A stretch of DNA of 46,559 nt from Thermoplasmatota archaeon (GCA_030018475.1 JASEFT010000004.1:1-46559), one strand, 5' to 3'. Positions 35,730 through 45,846 are shown, counted from the stretch's first letter. Made by a program: numbers and translations. Notes: generated by a model from the letters alone, not told the origin.

Positions 35730-36436
35730 CGCTCGCCTAAGATAACTCTTTGAAATATCTGCTCTAAGTTCTCATGCTCATGAGTTCTCAAATCTTCCAC
35801 TCTACCTATTGCTACAATTATGCCATTATTGATAATGCCTATTTTAGAGCATAGCTTCTCTGCAACCTCAAGCACATGAGTGCATAGAAAAATAGTCTTC
35901 CCACTATTTACAAATTCTTTAAAATAGTTTTTTAGTTTAGCTTGATGCAAAGGGTCAAGATTGGATAAGGGCTCATCTAGAAATAAAATTTCAGGCTCGT
36001 GAATCAAAGCGTTTGCAATTTGCAGTTTCTGTCTTGCACCTCTTGATAAATCTTTAATCAACTTGTTTTCCTCGCCTTCCAACTCAAAGAATTCTAGCCA
36101 GTACTCTATTTTATCAAACCTCAAATTCCTAGCTCTACATACGAACATAAGGAATTCTTCTGAGGTTAAAAAGCTAGGTAGAGCCTCTATCTCAGGCACT
36201 ACTCCTATTCTGCGCTTTAGCTCTAGTTTATCATTTACATTTATACCTAGAACATAAGCCTCGCCGCTCGTTTGAGCTAAACTTCCTGATAAAATTTTTA
36301 AAAGTGTAGTTTTACCTGCGCCGTTAGGACCAAATAGCCCGAAAAAATCGCCAGCTTCTATTTCTAGATTTATGTTTTGTAGGGCAGTAATTTCACCGTA
36401 CTTCTTGCTGATATTTTCTGTTTTTATTACAGGCAT
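35726..36436 (-). CDS. ABC transporter ATP-binding protein
   Basis: Walker A GPNGAGKTT, signature LSRGARQK, Walker B ILFLDEP. Confidence 0.88.
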   Translation of the reverse strand: MPVIKTENISKKYGEITALQNINLEIEAGDFFGLFGPNGAGKTTLLKILSGSLAQTSGEAYVLGINVNDKLELKRRIGVVPEIEALPSFLTSEEFLMFVCRARNLRFDKIEYWLEFFELEGEENKLIKDLSRGARQKLQIANALIHEPEILFLDEPLSNLDPLHQAKLKNYFKEFVNSGKTIFLCTHVLEVAEKLCSKIGIINNGIIVAIGRVEDLRTHEHENLEQIFQRVILGER

Positions 36437-36582
36437 TCCATTCTTAAAATGAAATTGGCGTAATTAAGGTTTTCTTTTCTTTAATGAAAGAAGAATGATA
36501 GCTACTATCTATCGCGCTTACGGAATTATACAGAAAGTTAGGTAATGAATTAAAAGCCAGAGAGGTAGAGAAAGAGCTTGGG

Positions 36583-36813
36583 CTATAAACTTTTCCGCTC
36601 CCAAACTAACTCATTATCATAAAATATTTTTCTAATTCTGTGATATGGTATACTAGCTTCACCGGTCTCGAAAAATGATTTACCAAGCGCTAAAATTTCA
36701 CTGCCAGAAATTATTTTAGTATCGTTTTTCGCACCCCTATGCAAATACCAAATTTCTGCTTTCTTTATATCCTTAGTCCATTTGAGTTTATTTAGTATCT
36801 CTTTTGCAGTCAT
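36583..36813 (-). CDS. DUF504 / MJ1316-type RNA cyclic-end recognition domain protein
   Basis: 76 aa. LNKLKW...YLHRGA...IPYHRIRKI pattern. Confidence 0.55.
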   Translation of the reverse strand: MTAKEILNKLKWTKDIKKAEIWYLHRGAKNDTKIISGSEILALGKSFFETGEASIPYHRIRKIFYDNELVWERKSL

Positions 36814-36953
36814 AAAGCAGAAAAAAATAAGGAAGTTGAGCTAGCCTTTATCACGGACGCTTCTAACTTCTCTATTCTGAACGCATCGCCCCTTTTCTCC
36901 AGTTTTGCCATTTTTACCATTGAAGGATATATTTTTCAGAGTATTAACATTTT

Positions 36954-37598
36954 CTAAAATCCTTCTAAAAACTCTAATGCAAGCTTTATATGCTCTTTAC
37001 CATTACCTTCTACAAACCTACCATGCCCAGGGTAGAGATTCTCAACTTCGAGCAAAGAGAGCTTTTTTACTGAGCTCAATAACGCTTCATAACCACCGGT
37101 AGGCAGATCCCATCTACCTGTAGCACCATCTGCAAAAACAGTATCGCCGGAAAACAGAGATTTATTTTTATTATCGTATAAAGAGACACTTCCTTTTGTA
37201 TGCCCTGGAGTATGAATAACCTTAAGTTTTATATTGCCCACTTCAATCTTTTCGCCTATCTTCTTTACTTCCAAAGGCTCTTGACTGCCACCAAACCAAC
37301 GAGCGCCTGTAATAACGTTATCACCTATTCTTATTGCATTAAAATCTAGCTCGTGAATTAAAACATCAGCTTTTGTTAAATTCCGCAGTTTCTCAGCACC
37401 TCCGCAATGGTCAAAATGGCAATGGGTCAAAATTATTTTAGCTATTTTTTGCAGATCGCAAATTTTCTCAATGCCCCCTGCCAATTTCTTAAAATGAGCT
37501 CCTTGACCTGTGCCTGTATCTATAACGACAGCTTCTTTATCCAAAATCAAATAAACATTGGAATCGTAGCCAGAACTAATATATTTATGAATTTCCAT
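36954..37598 (-). CDS. MBL-fold metallo-hydrolase (glyoxalase II-like)
   Basis: THCHFDHCGG motif, HTPGHT. ATG at 37598 (MEIHKY) preferred to the upstream TTG. Confidence 0.75.
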   Translation of the reverse strand: MEIHKYISSGYDSNVYLILDKEAVVIDTGTGQGAHFKKLAGGIEKICDLQKIAKIILTHCHFDHCGGAEKLRNLTKADVLIHELDFNAIRIGDNVITGARWFGGSQEPLEVKKIGEKIEVGNIKLKVIHTPGHTKGSVSLYDNKNKSLFSGDTVFADGATGRWDLPTGGYEALLSSVKKLSLLEVENLYPGHGRFVEGNGKEHIKLALEFLEGF

Positions 37599-37629
37599 AT
37601 TTGAAAAGAAAGCGAGGGACAATATTTGC

Positions 37630-37650
37630 TTTTCTAGAAAATTTTATATA
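37630..37650 (+). promoter_or_regulatory. perfect palindrome TTTTCTAGAAAA abutting a TATA-like TTTTATATA in the divergent MBL/thermosome promoter region
   Basis: 12-bp palindrome at 37630-37641 followed by an A/T box at 37642-37650, 36 nt upstream of the thermosome ATG. Confidence 0.4.
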
Positions 37651-37685
37651 GAAGGGCAAATATATCAAGTTAGGGTGACGAAAAT

Positions 37686-39329
37686 ATGATAGGTCAAGGC
37701 ACTCCTATTTTAGTATTAAAAGAAGGGACTACTAGAGAAAAAGGCAAGAGTGCGCAGAGCGCAAATATCACAGCTGCAAAGGCAATTGCAGACGCTGTAA
37801 GAAGTACATTGGGTCCTCGCGGTATGGATAAAATGCTTGTAGATAGTATGGGCGATGTTGTGATAACTAACGACGGAGTAACTATACTTAAAGAAATAGA
37901 TGTAGAGCACCCAGCTGCTAAAATGCTCGTAGAAGTTGCTAAAACACAGGATCAGCAATGCGGTGATGGTACAACCACAGCTGTAATACTCGCTGGAGAA
38001 TTGCTGAAAAACGCAGAAAGTTTGGTTGATCAGAACATTCATCCAACAATAATAGTTAGCGGCTATAGACTTGCATCTAACAAAGCTTGCGAAATACTAG
38101 ATAAAATTGCAGAGAAAGTAAGTATTAAAGACAAAGAAATACTGCCTAAAATTGCAGCTACTGCAATTATGAGCAAGAGCGCTGCAGCAAGTAAAGACTT
38201 ACTTGCAGATATTGCAGTAAAAGCGGTTACGAGCATTGTTGAAGAGCGCGACGGAAAAATAATTGCAGATACAGATAACGTGCAGATAGTGAAGAAGCAT
38301 GGCGGCTCTATAGACGATACAGAGCTTGTTGAGGGCATTATTGTAGATAAAGAGGTAGTGCATGCAGGAATGCCTAAAAGAGTAGAGAATGCGAAAATAG
38401 CACTGCTAGATTGCGCTCTTGAAATAAAGAAGACAGAAGTAGATGCTAAAATAGAGATTACAGATCCAAAGCAGTTACAAGCGTTTCTTGCAGAAGAAGA
38501 GAATATGCTGAAGAGAATGGTTGATAAAGTCAAAGCCAGTGGCGCAAACGTAGTGTTCTGTCAGAAAGGAATCGATGATCTTGCTCAGCACTATCTTGCA
38601 AAAAATAATATCTACGCAGTAAGAAGAGTAAAAGAGAGTGATATGAAGAAACTTGCAAAAGCGACTGGCGGTAAGTTAGTTACTAGAATTGACGATTTAA
38701 CGAAGGAAGATTTAGGCAATGCGAAGGAAGTTTATGAAAAGAAAATAGGCGAAGATAATCTTACTTTCGTTACAGGCTGCAAGGAAGCGAAAGCAGTTTC
38801 AATATTGCTGAGAGGCGGTACTGAACACGTGGTTGACGAAATGGAGCGCTCGGTACACGATGCACTCAGTGTAGTTTCCTGCGCTCTAGAAGACGGTAAA
38901 ATAATAACAGGCGCTGGAGCTGCAGCTACAGAAATAGCATTAGCGCTTAGAGATTATGCCTCCACTGTTGGTGGCAGAGAGCAAATGGCTATCGAGAGTT
39001 TTGCAGATGCAATTGAAGTAGTGCCTAGAACACTTGCTGAAAATGCAGGTATGGATCCTATAGATACACTTATAGAGCTAAGGAAAGCGCATAAGGAAGG
39101 TAAAGGGACTGTAGGCGTAAACGTGCTTGCAAACAAAATCAGTGATATGAAAGGTATTGTGATAGAGCCTATTCGTGTAGGCAGACAGGCAATACTCTCT
39201 GCTACAGACGCTACGGTAATGATCCTTAGAATTGACGATATTATTGCTGCTAAAGCGCCTAAAGCGGAGGCTCGTCCTCCAACGCCTCCAGGAGGCCCAG
39301 GAGGCCTGGGCGGGGAAGAAGAATACTAA
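37686..39329 (+). CDS. ths: thermosome subunit (group II chaperonin)
   Basis: [27 protein letters not shown] and VGGREQ motifs; Gly-rich C-terminal tail. Confidence 0.95.
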   Translation: MIGQGTPILVLKEGTTREKGKSAQSANITAAKAIADAVRSTLGPRGMDKMLVDSMGDVVITNDGVTILKEIDVEHPAAKMLVEVAKTQDQQCGDGTTTAVILAGELLKNAESLVDQNIHPTIIVSGYRLASNKACEILDKIAEKVSIKDKEILPKIAATAIMSKSAAASKDLLADIAVKAVTSIVEERDGKIIADTDNVQIVKKHGGSIDDTELVEGIIVDKEVVHAGMPKRVENAKIALLDCALEIKKTEVDAKIEITDPKQLQAFLAEEENMLKRMVDKVKASGANVVFCQKGIDDLAQHYLAKNNIYAVRRVKESDMKKLAKATGGKLVTRIDDLTKEDLGNAKEVYEKKIGEDNLTFVTGCKEAKAVSILLRGGTEHVVDEMERSVHDALSVVSCALEDGKIITGAGAAATEIALALRDYASTVGGREQMAIESFADAIEVVPRTLAENAGMDPIDTLIELRKAHKEGKGTVGVNVLANKISDMKGIVIEPIRVGRQAILSATDATVMILRIDDIIAAKAPKAEARPPTPPGGPGGLGGEEEY

Positions 39330-39356
39330 ATTATTTTTTTGCATATTTACTTTATA

Positions 39357-39872
39357 ATGGCAACTAGTGAACCGAAAAAGGTAAGTAGCTACCAGCGTAT
39401 CAAATCGAAGTTTGCAGAAGCAATAAAAGGGCTGGAGGCACAGAAAAAACTTAGCAATGAGTATTTAGAAAAGCTACAGTGGGCTCAGTCAGAGCTTGAG
39501 AATCTAAGGAAGTGTTTCGAAAAGGAGAGAGAAAACTACTTGAGAACTGCTACTGATAAGTTAATCTTAGAGCTCCTGCCTGTGCTAGACGGTTTCGATA
39601 GAATAATTACTAATCCTGTAGGTATAGAACGAAAAGCTCTTGAAGGTTTGGAGTTGCTGTATAAAGAGCTATTGGGAGTTTTAGAAAAAGCAGGCTTAGC
39701 GCCTGTAAAGGCAGTGGGCGAGAAATTCGACCCTTTCATGCATGAAGCTGTAATGCAGGTAGTTGATAATAATTGGGAAGATAACACTGTAGTAGAAGAG
39801 TTACAGAAAGGGTATACGTTAAACTCAAGAGTTCTAAGAGCTTCTAAAGTTAAAGTTTCAAAGAGGGGATAA
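39357..39872 (+). CDS. grpE: nucleotide exchange factor GrpE
   Basis: [19 protein letters not shown] motifs. ATG at 39357 preferred over 39339. Confidence 0.85.
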   Translation: MATSEPKKVSSYQRIKSKFAEAIKGLEAQKKLSNEYLEKLQWAQSELENLRKCFEKERENYLRTATDKLILELLPVLDGFDRIITNPVGIERKALEGLELLYKELLGVLEKAGLAPVKAVGEKFDPFMHEAVMQVVDNNWEDNTVVEELQKGYTLNSRVLRASKVKVSKRG

Positions 39873-39874
39873 AA

Positions 39875-41803
39875 ATGGCAAAAGAGGAGCTTAAGAAAAG
39901 AGAGAAGATTATTGGTATAGATATAGGCACTAGCAACTCAGCAGCAGCTGTTATGATCGCAGGAAAGCCTACAATCATACCAAGTGCTGAAGGCACAATT
40001 GTTGGCGGCGGTAAAGCATTTCCATCATTCGTTGCCTTCACCAAAGATGGTCAAAGGCTACTTGGCGAGCCTGCGCGCAGACAAGCTATCACAAATCCTG
40101 AAGGTACAGTTACTGCGTTCAAGCGTAAAATGGGCACTGATTACAAATACAAGATTTACGGTAAGGAATATACTCCCCAGCAGCTTACTGCTTTTTTATT
40201 ACAAAAGATAAAGCAAGATGCAGAAGCTTATATTGGCGAGGAAATTAAGAAAGCGGTTATTACGTGTCCAGCTTATTTTGACGATAACCAGCGCACTGCT
40301 ACCAGAGATGCTGGTATTATTGCAGGCTTAGATGTCGTGCGCGTAATAAACGAGCCTACAGCAGCATCTTTAGCTTACGGTATCGATAAACTAGAAAAAG
40401 AGCAGCGCATATTGGTATTTGATTTCGGTGGCGGTACCCTTGATGTGACTGTAATGGAGTTTGGCGGCGGCGTTTTTGAAGTTAAATCGACAGCGGGCGA
40501 TACCCAGCTCGGCGGCACAGATATGGATAATACTATCGTTGATTATCTAGTAGCCCGATTTAAGAACGATACTGGCATTGACTTAAGCAAGGATAAAATA
40601 GCTATGCAGCGCTTGCGCGAAGCTGCGGAAAGGGCAAAGATAGAGCTTTCTACAACTCTAACTGCTGATATTAATTTACCTTATATTACGGCAGATGCTA
40701 CAGGGCCTAGGCATCTTACTACAACGCTTACGAGAGCGAAGCTAGAAGAGCTTGTCATGCCTACAATTAATCGCTGTAGTGGGCCTGTGGAGCAAGCTTT
40801 AAAAGATGCTAAAATAGAGCCTAAAGATATAGACAAAATAATTTTAGTTGGCGGGCCTACAAGAATGCCTTGCGTGCAAAAATTTGTAGAGGAAGTTATA
40901 GGTAAGAAGGTAGAGCGCGGTATCGATCCCATGGAATGCGTAGCACTAGGCGCTGGAATACAAGCTGGCGTTTTGGCAGGTGAAGTAAAAGAATTATTAT
41001 TGCTTGACGTAACGCCTCTTTCGCTTGGAGTAGAAACTTTAGGAGGTATTTTCACTAAACTTATCGAGCGCAATACAACTATACCTACAAGGAAATCGCA
41101 AATATTTTCTACAGCTAGCGATTTCCAGACTGCTGTTACAATTCATGTGCTACAGGGAGAAAGACCAATGGCACAAGATAATACTTCTCTGGGAATGTTT
41201 AATTTGGTAGGCATACCTCCAGCACCAAGAGGTATACCGCAAATAGAGGTAACTTTCGACCTGGATGCAAGCGGTATATTGAACGTTACTGCAAAAGATT
41301 TGGGTACAGGCAAAGAGCAGAAAATCACAATTACAGCTTCAACCAAACTCCCCAAAGAGCAGATAGAAAAAATGATGAAAGAAGCAGAGCAATTTGCAGA
41401 GAAGGATAGGCGTAGAAGGGAGGAAGCAGAACTCAGGAACAACGCTGATTCTTTACTTTATACAGCCGAGAAAACTAAAAAAGATTTGGAGGAGAAACTA
41501 ACCAAAGAGCAGAAAGCCCAGATTGATAAAGAATGTGAAGAGCTGAGAAAAGCGCTTGAAGGCAAAGATATTGCAGAGATTAAGCGCAAAATGGAAGCAC
41601 TATCGAAAACTCTGCAAGAAGTAGGCGCAAGTATTTACAGAGAAGCAGCTGAGAAATATGTAAAAGAGAAAGCAAGAGAGCCTGAGGAAGGTAAAGTCTG
41701 GAAGGGTAAGCCTAAAGGTGAAGAAGAAGAAAAGAAAGAAAAAGTAGTAGAAGCAGAGTACGAAGAGGTAAAGGAAGATGAGGAGAAAAAGGGTGAAAAG
41801 TAG
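39875..41803 (+). CDS. dnaK: molecular chaperone DnaK (Hsp70)
   Basis: [27 protein letters not shown] motifs. Confidence 0.95.
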   Translation: MAKEELKKREKIIGIDIGTSNSAAAVMIAGKPTIIPSAEGTIVGGGKAFPSFVAFTKDGQRLLGEPARRQAITNPEGTVTAFKRKMGTDYKYKIYGKEYTPQQLTAFLLQKIKQDAEAYIGEEIKKAVITCPAYFDDNQRTATRDAGIIAGLDVVRVINEPTAASLAYGIDKLEKEQRILVFDFGGGTLDVTVMEFGGGVFEVKSTAGDTQLGGTDMDNTIVDYLVARFKNDTGIDLSKDKIAMQRLREAAERAKIELSTTLTADINLPYITADATGPRHLTTTLTRAKLEELVMPTINRCSGPVEQALKDAKIEPKDIDKIILVGGPTRMPCVQKFVEEVIGKKVERGIDPMECVALGAGIQAGVLAGEVKELLLLDVTPLSLGVETLGGIFTKLIERNTTIPTRKSQIFSTASDFQTAVTIHVLQGERPMAQDNTSLGMFNLVGIPPAPRGIPQIEVTFDLDASGILNVTAKDLGTGKEQKITITASTKLPKEQIEKMMKEAEQFAEKDRRRREEAELRNNADSLLYTAEKTKKDLEEKLTKEQKAQIDKECEELRKALEGKDIAEIKRKMEALSKTLQEVGASIYREAAEKYVKEKAREPEEGKVWKGKPKGEEEEKKEKVVEAEYEEVKEDEEKKGEK

Positions 41804-41806
41804 TTC

Positions 41807-41968
41807 TCAACAAGCCTCTACCACGAGCTTATGCTTGCCACCTATCGTCACAAAAACCTCTTTGCCTTTATCTAATTTTAGAAATTTTACTATATCTTTT
41901 GGTATCCTAACCACCAAAGAATTACCTGCGTAAGCGAGCTTTGTTTTTCTACCAATTATCTGTATATA
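41807..41968 (-). pseudogene. AbrB/SpoVT-like small ORF without a canonical start codon (possibly frameshifted)
   Basis: Hand translation gives ...GRKTKLAYAGNSLVVRIPKDIVKFLKLDKGKEVFVTIGGKHKLVVEAC*. The nearest ATG (41981) is in another frame and stops after 10 codons. Confidence 0.4.
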
Positions 41969-42130
41969 TTATTTTTGTCATATTCTTTTTCATCATTAAA
42001 CCCCGTTATAAGCAGAGAATGAAGAGGTAAAGGAAGAAAGTAAACAATTAATGTGCAAATAAATTGTCAAACACAAACAGAAAAACAAAACCTTTTTAAG
42101 CCAGACAATACCTATAATTATTAAGAGAAT

Positions 42131-43213
42131 ATGCCAAAAAGAGATTATTACGATATACTCGGCGTACCTAAAAATGCGAGCAAAGAAGAGCTTAAAAGAA
42201 AGTATAGAGAGCTAGCTAAAAAATATCATCCTGATTTGTGTAAAGAAGCTGATGCTGAGGAAAAATTTAAAGAAATTTCAGAAGCGTATGCAGTCCTTTC
42301 TGATGACGAAAAAAGAGCGCAGTACGATATGTACGGTCATGAAGGTATTGCAGGGCGCTATACCTACGATGATATCTTCAGAGATTTTGATTTCGATATA
42401 TTTCGCGACTTTGGCTTCGGCGACGTAGACAGAATATTTGACATGTTCTTTGGAAGGAGCCCTACTTTCTATAGCTATCGTGAAGGTTCTGTACGAGGCG
42501 AGGATTTAACTTATAATTTAGAAGTAGAGCTTGAAGATGTTGCGTTCGGCAGAGAAAAATTTTTTTCAGTTTTGAAGAGGGAGCCTTGCGGTGCCTGTAA
42601 TGGTAGCGGAGGCAAGAGCTTTACAACATGCAGTTACTGCCAAGGCACAGGGCAGTTAAGAGATGTTAAGACAAGAGGCTTTTCACAGTTTATAACTATC
42701 CGTACATGCCATAAATGCAATGGCGAAGGTAGAACTATTGAAGAGCTTTGTAGCGATTGCAAAGGCAAAGGGTTAATTAAAAAAGAAAAAAAGCTAAAGT
42801 TAAAAATTCCAGCAGGTGCAGAGAGCGGTAGTACACTGAGAATACCTAAAGAAGGAGGAGTTATTAAAGGCTCTACTCCGGGCGATTTGTATGTGGTACT
42901 AAAGGTGAAGGAGCATCCCGTCTTTAAACGCGAAGGTAGTAATATTTTATGCGAAATGCCAATTTCTTTCGTACTAGCTGCTTTGGGTGGTAACCTGGAG
43001 GTGCCTACACTTGACGGTAAGGCAGAGATTAAAATCCCAGCAGGCACGCAGAGCAATACAGTGTTTAGGCTCAGAGGTAAGGGCTTGCGCGAGTTAGCGT
43101 CCTCTCACAGAGGCGATGAGCTTGTTAAAGTTGTAGTTACAGTACCAACGAAACTTACAAAAGAGCAGGAAAGATTGCTGAGAGCCTTTGAAGCGGCATC
43201 TGAAAAAACTTAA
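42131..43213 (+). CDS. dnaJ: molecular chaperone DnaJ
   Basis: J domain with HPD (KYHPDL), four CxxCxGxG-type zinc-finger repeats. Confidence 0.92.
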   Translation: MPKRDYYDILGVPKNASKEELKRKYRELAKKYHPDLCKEADAEEKFKEISEAYAVLSDDEKRAQYDMYGHEGIAGRYTYDDIFRDFDFDIFRDFGFGDVDRIFDMFFGRSPTFYSYREGSVRGEDLTYNLEVELEDVAFGREKFFSVLKREPCGACNGSGGKSFTTCSYCQGTGQLRDVKTRGFSQFITIRTCHKCNGEGRTIEELCSDCKGKGLIKKEKKLKLKIPAGAESGSTLRIPKEGGVIKGSTPGDLYVVLKVKEHPVFKREGSNILCEMPISFVLAALGGNLEVPTLDGKAEIKIPAGTQSNTVFRLRGKGLRELASSHRGDELVKVVVTVPTKLTKEQERLLRAFEAASEKT

Positions 43214-43285
43214 TATTGAGAATGAGTATTCCTGTTATTAGCTGTTAAAATAGTTGAAAGAAACGAACAGAGTAGGTGAGGCAAA

Positions 43286-43870
43286 ATGGCTAAAAAGGGA
43301 GAAGAAAACGATAACAATGAAGAATGGCCTTTCTGGCGAAGGAAGAAGCGAAAACAGCGCTGGCCTTTCAACGAGTTTGACGAGCTTTTCGGCGATGAGT
43401 TTGAGCGCGAGTTCGAGCGAATGCGCAAGCATTTAGATGAACTAATGGAAGAGCTCTATAAAGCCGAAGTTAAACCAACTCTACTTGGACCTTTTGTATA
43501 CGGCTTTTCTATGAGAATAGGTGCTGACGGCAAGCCTCAGATTCAGCAGTTTGGTAGCACTCCTAAGAAAGGCTTGGAAATTGCAGAGCGTGAGCCTCTA
43601 ACTGACGTACTTGAAGGTGAAGAAGTAGTTACTGTCACTGTAGAGCTTCCAGGGGTGGCGAAAGAAGATATTGATCTTACTGCTACTGAGGATGTGCTAA
43701 CTATAGATGTAGCTGCCGAGAAAAGAAAATACCATCGCGATATTAAGCTACCTTGCAGAGTATTGCCTGACACAACAACTGCAACTTATAAAAATGGAGT
43801 TCTCGATATAGTAATAAAGCGTGCTGAGAAGAAGGAGAAGAAGCCTGGTAAGAAAGTAGAGATAAAGTAA
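43286..43870 (+). CDS. hsp20: Hsp20/alpha-crystallin family small heat-shock protein
   Basis: Alpha-crystallin domain: VTVELPGVAKEDIDL...LTI......Y.R.I.LP...........YKNGVLDIVI. Confidence 0.85.
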   Translation: MAKKGEENDNNEEWPFWRRKKRKQRWPFNEFDELFGDEFEREFERMRKHLDELMEELYKAEVKPTLLGPFVYGFSMRIGADGKPQIQQFGSTPKKGLEIAEREPLTDVLEGEEVVTVTVELPGVAKEDIDLTATEDVLTIDVAAEKRKYHRDIKLPCRVLPDTTTATYKNGVLDIVIKRAEKKEKKPGKKVEIK

Positions 43871-43905
43871 ACTCAGCGACGAAGTTCTTCTTGACGAGCT
43901 TTTTA
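43867..43905 (+). repeat. 39-nt post-stop element, copy 2 (GTAAACTCAGCGACGAAGTTCTTCTTGACGAGCTTTTTA)
   Basis: 35/39 identical to the reverse complement of 22758-22796. Begins one base before the TAA stop of hsp20. Confidence 0.6.
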
Positions 43906-44062
43906 ATGGTATCATTGACAAGAGCACAAAACGGTATAACTAAAAATCTTGGGAGTACTGTTTATTTAACTTAGCTTTTCTTTACAAAACTCATTTCTCG
44001 CGTCTCTAGACTTAGTAGAATCTATCTTTAGTCTGGATAAAAAACGATAATTTTCTAATCAT

Positions 44063-44070
44063 TTTAATAT
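44063..44070 (+). promoter_or_regulatory. TATA-like box TTTAATAT, 23 nt upstream of the AGCC that opens module C
   Basis: Same octamer and similar spacing as upstream of module B. Confidence 0.3.
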
Positions 44071-44093
44071 CCATACTTGGATTAAATGAAAGA

Positions 44094-44152
44094 AGCCCTT
44101 TTCTTTTTCTTCCAAAGAAAAAGAAAAGTCCTTCAGGGGAAAAGAAAAAGAA
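44094..44152 (+). repeat. three-strand homopurine/homopyrimidine module C
   Basis: AGCC; C98+Y 44099-44111 TTTTCTTTTTCTT; loop CCA; R1 44115-44128 AAGAAAAAGAAAAG (perfect complement); linker TCCTTCAGGG; R2 44139-44152 GAAAAGAAAAAGAA (exact reverse of R1). Confidence 0.8.
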
Positions 44153-44188
44153 TAGAACAATATGCGAACTTGATTAGAAGGATATTAA

Positions 44189-44770
44189 ATGAAATATCTA
44201 ATTATTACATGTGGAGTAATAGGTACGGGCAAGAGTACAATTGCAAAAGCTCTTGCAAAGAGGACAGGTATGAAAGTCATATCCTCAGATTATGTCAGAA
44301 AGAGCATTGTTGCAGGTATTCCACCTGAAGCTCATAGATATGAAAAATTTGGTGAAGGCATATACTCGAAAGAATTCTCAGAAAGAACTTATCTAAAAAT
44401 GCTGGAGCTTGCAAAAGTGCAATTAACCAGAAACAAATCTGTTATTTTAGATGGCGCTTTTAGCAAAAGATGGCAACGCGTTAAAGCTTATGAGACTGCA
44501 AAAGAAACTGATGCAAGATTCTTGTGCGTTGAGTTCATATGCAGTAAAGAAGAGCTGATAAAGAGGCTTGAAAAAAGAGCTCTGAGCAAAAGAGGCGTTT
44601 CAAACGGAAGGATTGAGATACTAGCTGAGCATGAAGCTAGCTTTGAAAAGGTATCGGAATTTTCGGAAGAGCTGCACATTATAATTGATACCACATGTAG
44701 GAAAGAAGATTGCGTACAATCTGTTTTGGCTAGGCTGAACGAAAAGTTAAAGTTGAAACATTGCTATTAA
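44189..44770 (+). CDS. P-loop kinase (AAA_33/gluconate-kinase-like fold), substrate unknown
   Basis: Walker A GVIGTGKST near the N-terminus; 193 aa. Confidence 0.55.
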   Translation: MKYLIITCGVIGTGKSTIAKALAKRTGMKVISSDYVRKSIVAGIPPEAHRYEKFGEGIYSKEFSERTYLKMLELAKVQLTRNKSVILDGAFSKRWQRVKAYETAKETDARFLCVEFICSKEELIKRLEKRALSKRGVSNGRIEILAEHEASFEKVSEFSEELHIIIDTTCRKEDCVQSVLARLNEKLKLKHCY

Positions 44771-44787
44771 TAAAAAAGTGGTAAAAA

Positions 44788-45090
44788 ATGGAGATAAGAG
44801 CGGCTAAAGAAAGCGACAGAAGCGCTTTAGAGCTATTGGCTTCTGAAAACGGGTTAAAGTTCAAATCTTCTATAGAGCATACTTTGATAGCTGAGCAGAA
44901 TGGCAAAATTATAGGATATGTTTCATACACCCCCGAGCTTAAGCAAGACAAATGGTTTGGAAAGCATTACGAAACCAACGCTTTAGTTGTAAAAGAAGAA
45001 TATTTAGGTGAAGGTGTAGTTACTAAACTTATAGAAGAGGTTACTGAGCTCGCAAAGAGTAAAGGAGTAAATCTAAAACTAAGGCACTAG
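44788..45090 (+). CDS. short GNAT-family N-acetyltransferase
   Basis: IRAAKESD..., acetyl-CoA motif-A-like LGEGVVTKLIEEV. Only 100 aa, shorter than typical GNATs. Confidence 0.5.
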   Translation: MEIRAAKESDRSALELLASENGLKFKSSIEHTLIAEQNGKIIGYVSYTPELKQDKWFGKHYETNALVVKEEYLGEGVVTKLIEEVTELAKSKGVNLKLRH

Positions 45091-45122
45091 CTAAACCAAA
45101 ATCAATATTTGTTTTATTTACA

Positions 45123-45845
45123 ATGGTAAAATGCCATAAATGCGGTTATGAGTTTATAGCTGAAGAAAAACTTACTATCTGCCCTCAGTGCTTCTATCAG
45201 TTTGATACAGGCAAAGAGTATAGAATCGAGCCTAAAAAGAGCTCTGCAAAACCAATTATAGCAGGAATTTTATTAATTATAGTCTCTCTGTCCACATTAT
45301 TTATAGTAATTGCCTTATATGCAGCTCCTACTTTGCTAGAGCATTATCATTTGGAGCAAATGCAATCTTCGCTTTACGGTAGGGTAGTCGATAAAAATGG
45401 TACTGGTATAGAAGATGTAACTATAGAACTTAATGATTTAGTAGTTAAGACAAACTCTACAGGCTATTACAAGCTGGAAAATGTCCATGGTGGGCTACAC
45501 AAAATAAAAATTTATAAGCCCAATAATAAAACAATTATTGCTAAAATATTTGTTCTGCCTAGAAATGAGGCTGAGAATTTCGAACTCATACCTGGTGAGG
45601 GGATTATAGAAGAAGACCGTACTTTAGAACTATTTGCAGTTTTGTATAGCTGTGCAACTATAGAACTAATATTCTCTGTTTTTGCTTTGGTTGGAGGCGT
45701 GCTAGCAATTAAAAGAAGACATTTTGCCGTTTGCGTTGTAGGCTCTGTAGTTGGATTGCTGTCGTTATTAGTAGTTGTTGGTACAATCATGAGCATCGCT
45801 GCCCTAATATTGCTTGCACTTTCAAAGGAGGAGTTTAAAAGTTGA
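45123..45845 (+). CDS. membrane protein with N-terminal zinc ribbon and carboxypeptidase-regulatory-like beta-sandwich domain
   Basis: CHKCG...CPQC, TM helix, GRVVDKNGTGIEDVTIEL...TNSTGYYKL, C-terminal TM helices. Confidence 0.5.
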   Translation: MVKCHKCGYEFIAEEKLTICPQCFYQFDTGKEYRIEPKKSSAKPIIAGILLIIVSLSTLFIVIALYAAPTLLEHYHLEQMQSSLYGRVVDKNGTGIEDVTIELNDLVVKTNSTGYYKLENVHGGLHKIKIYKPNNKTIIAKIFVLPRNEAENFELIPGEGIIEEDRTLELFAVLYSCATIELIFSVFALVGGVLAIKRRHFAVCVVGSVVGLLSLLVVVGTIMSIAALILLALSKEEFKS

Positions 45846-45846
45846 T

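Noticed and set aside
36468-36497. GGTTTTCTTTTCTTT-AATG-AAAGAAGAATG hairpin upstream of the ABC transporter operon, possibly a sixth module
   Set aside because: It has only about 8 bp including a G.U pair, no AGCC flank and no mirror third tract. It may be a decayed relative, but it cannot be told apart from AT-rich promoter sequence.
44086-44328. 80-aa plus-strand ORF starting MKEALFFFFQRKRK
   Set aside because: Its 5' part is a translation of module C, and the rest is out of frame over the start of the kinase gene. The kinase ORF at 44189, with a Walker A motif, explains the region.
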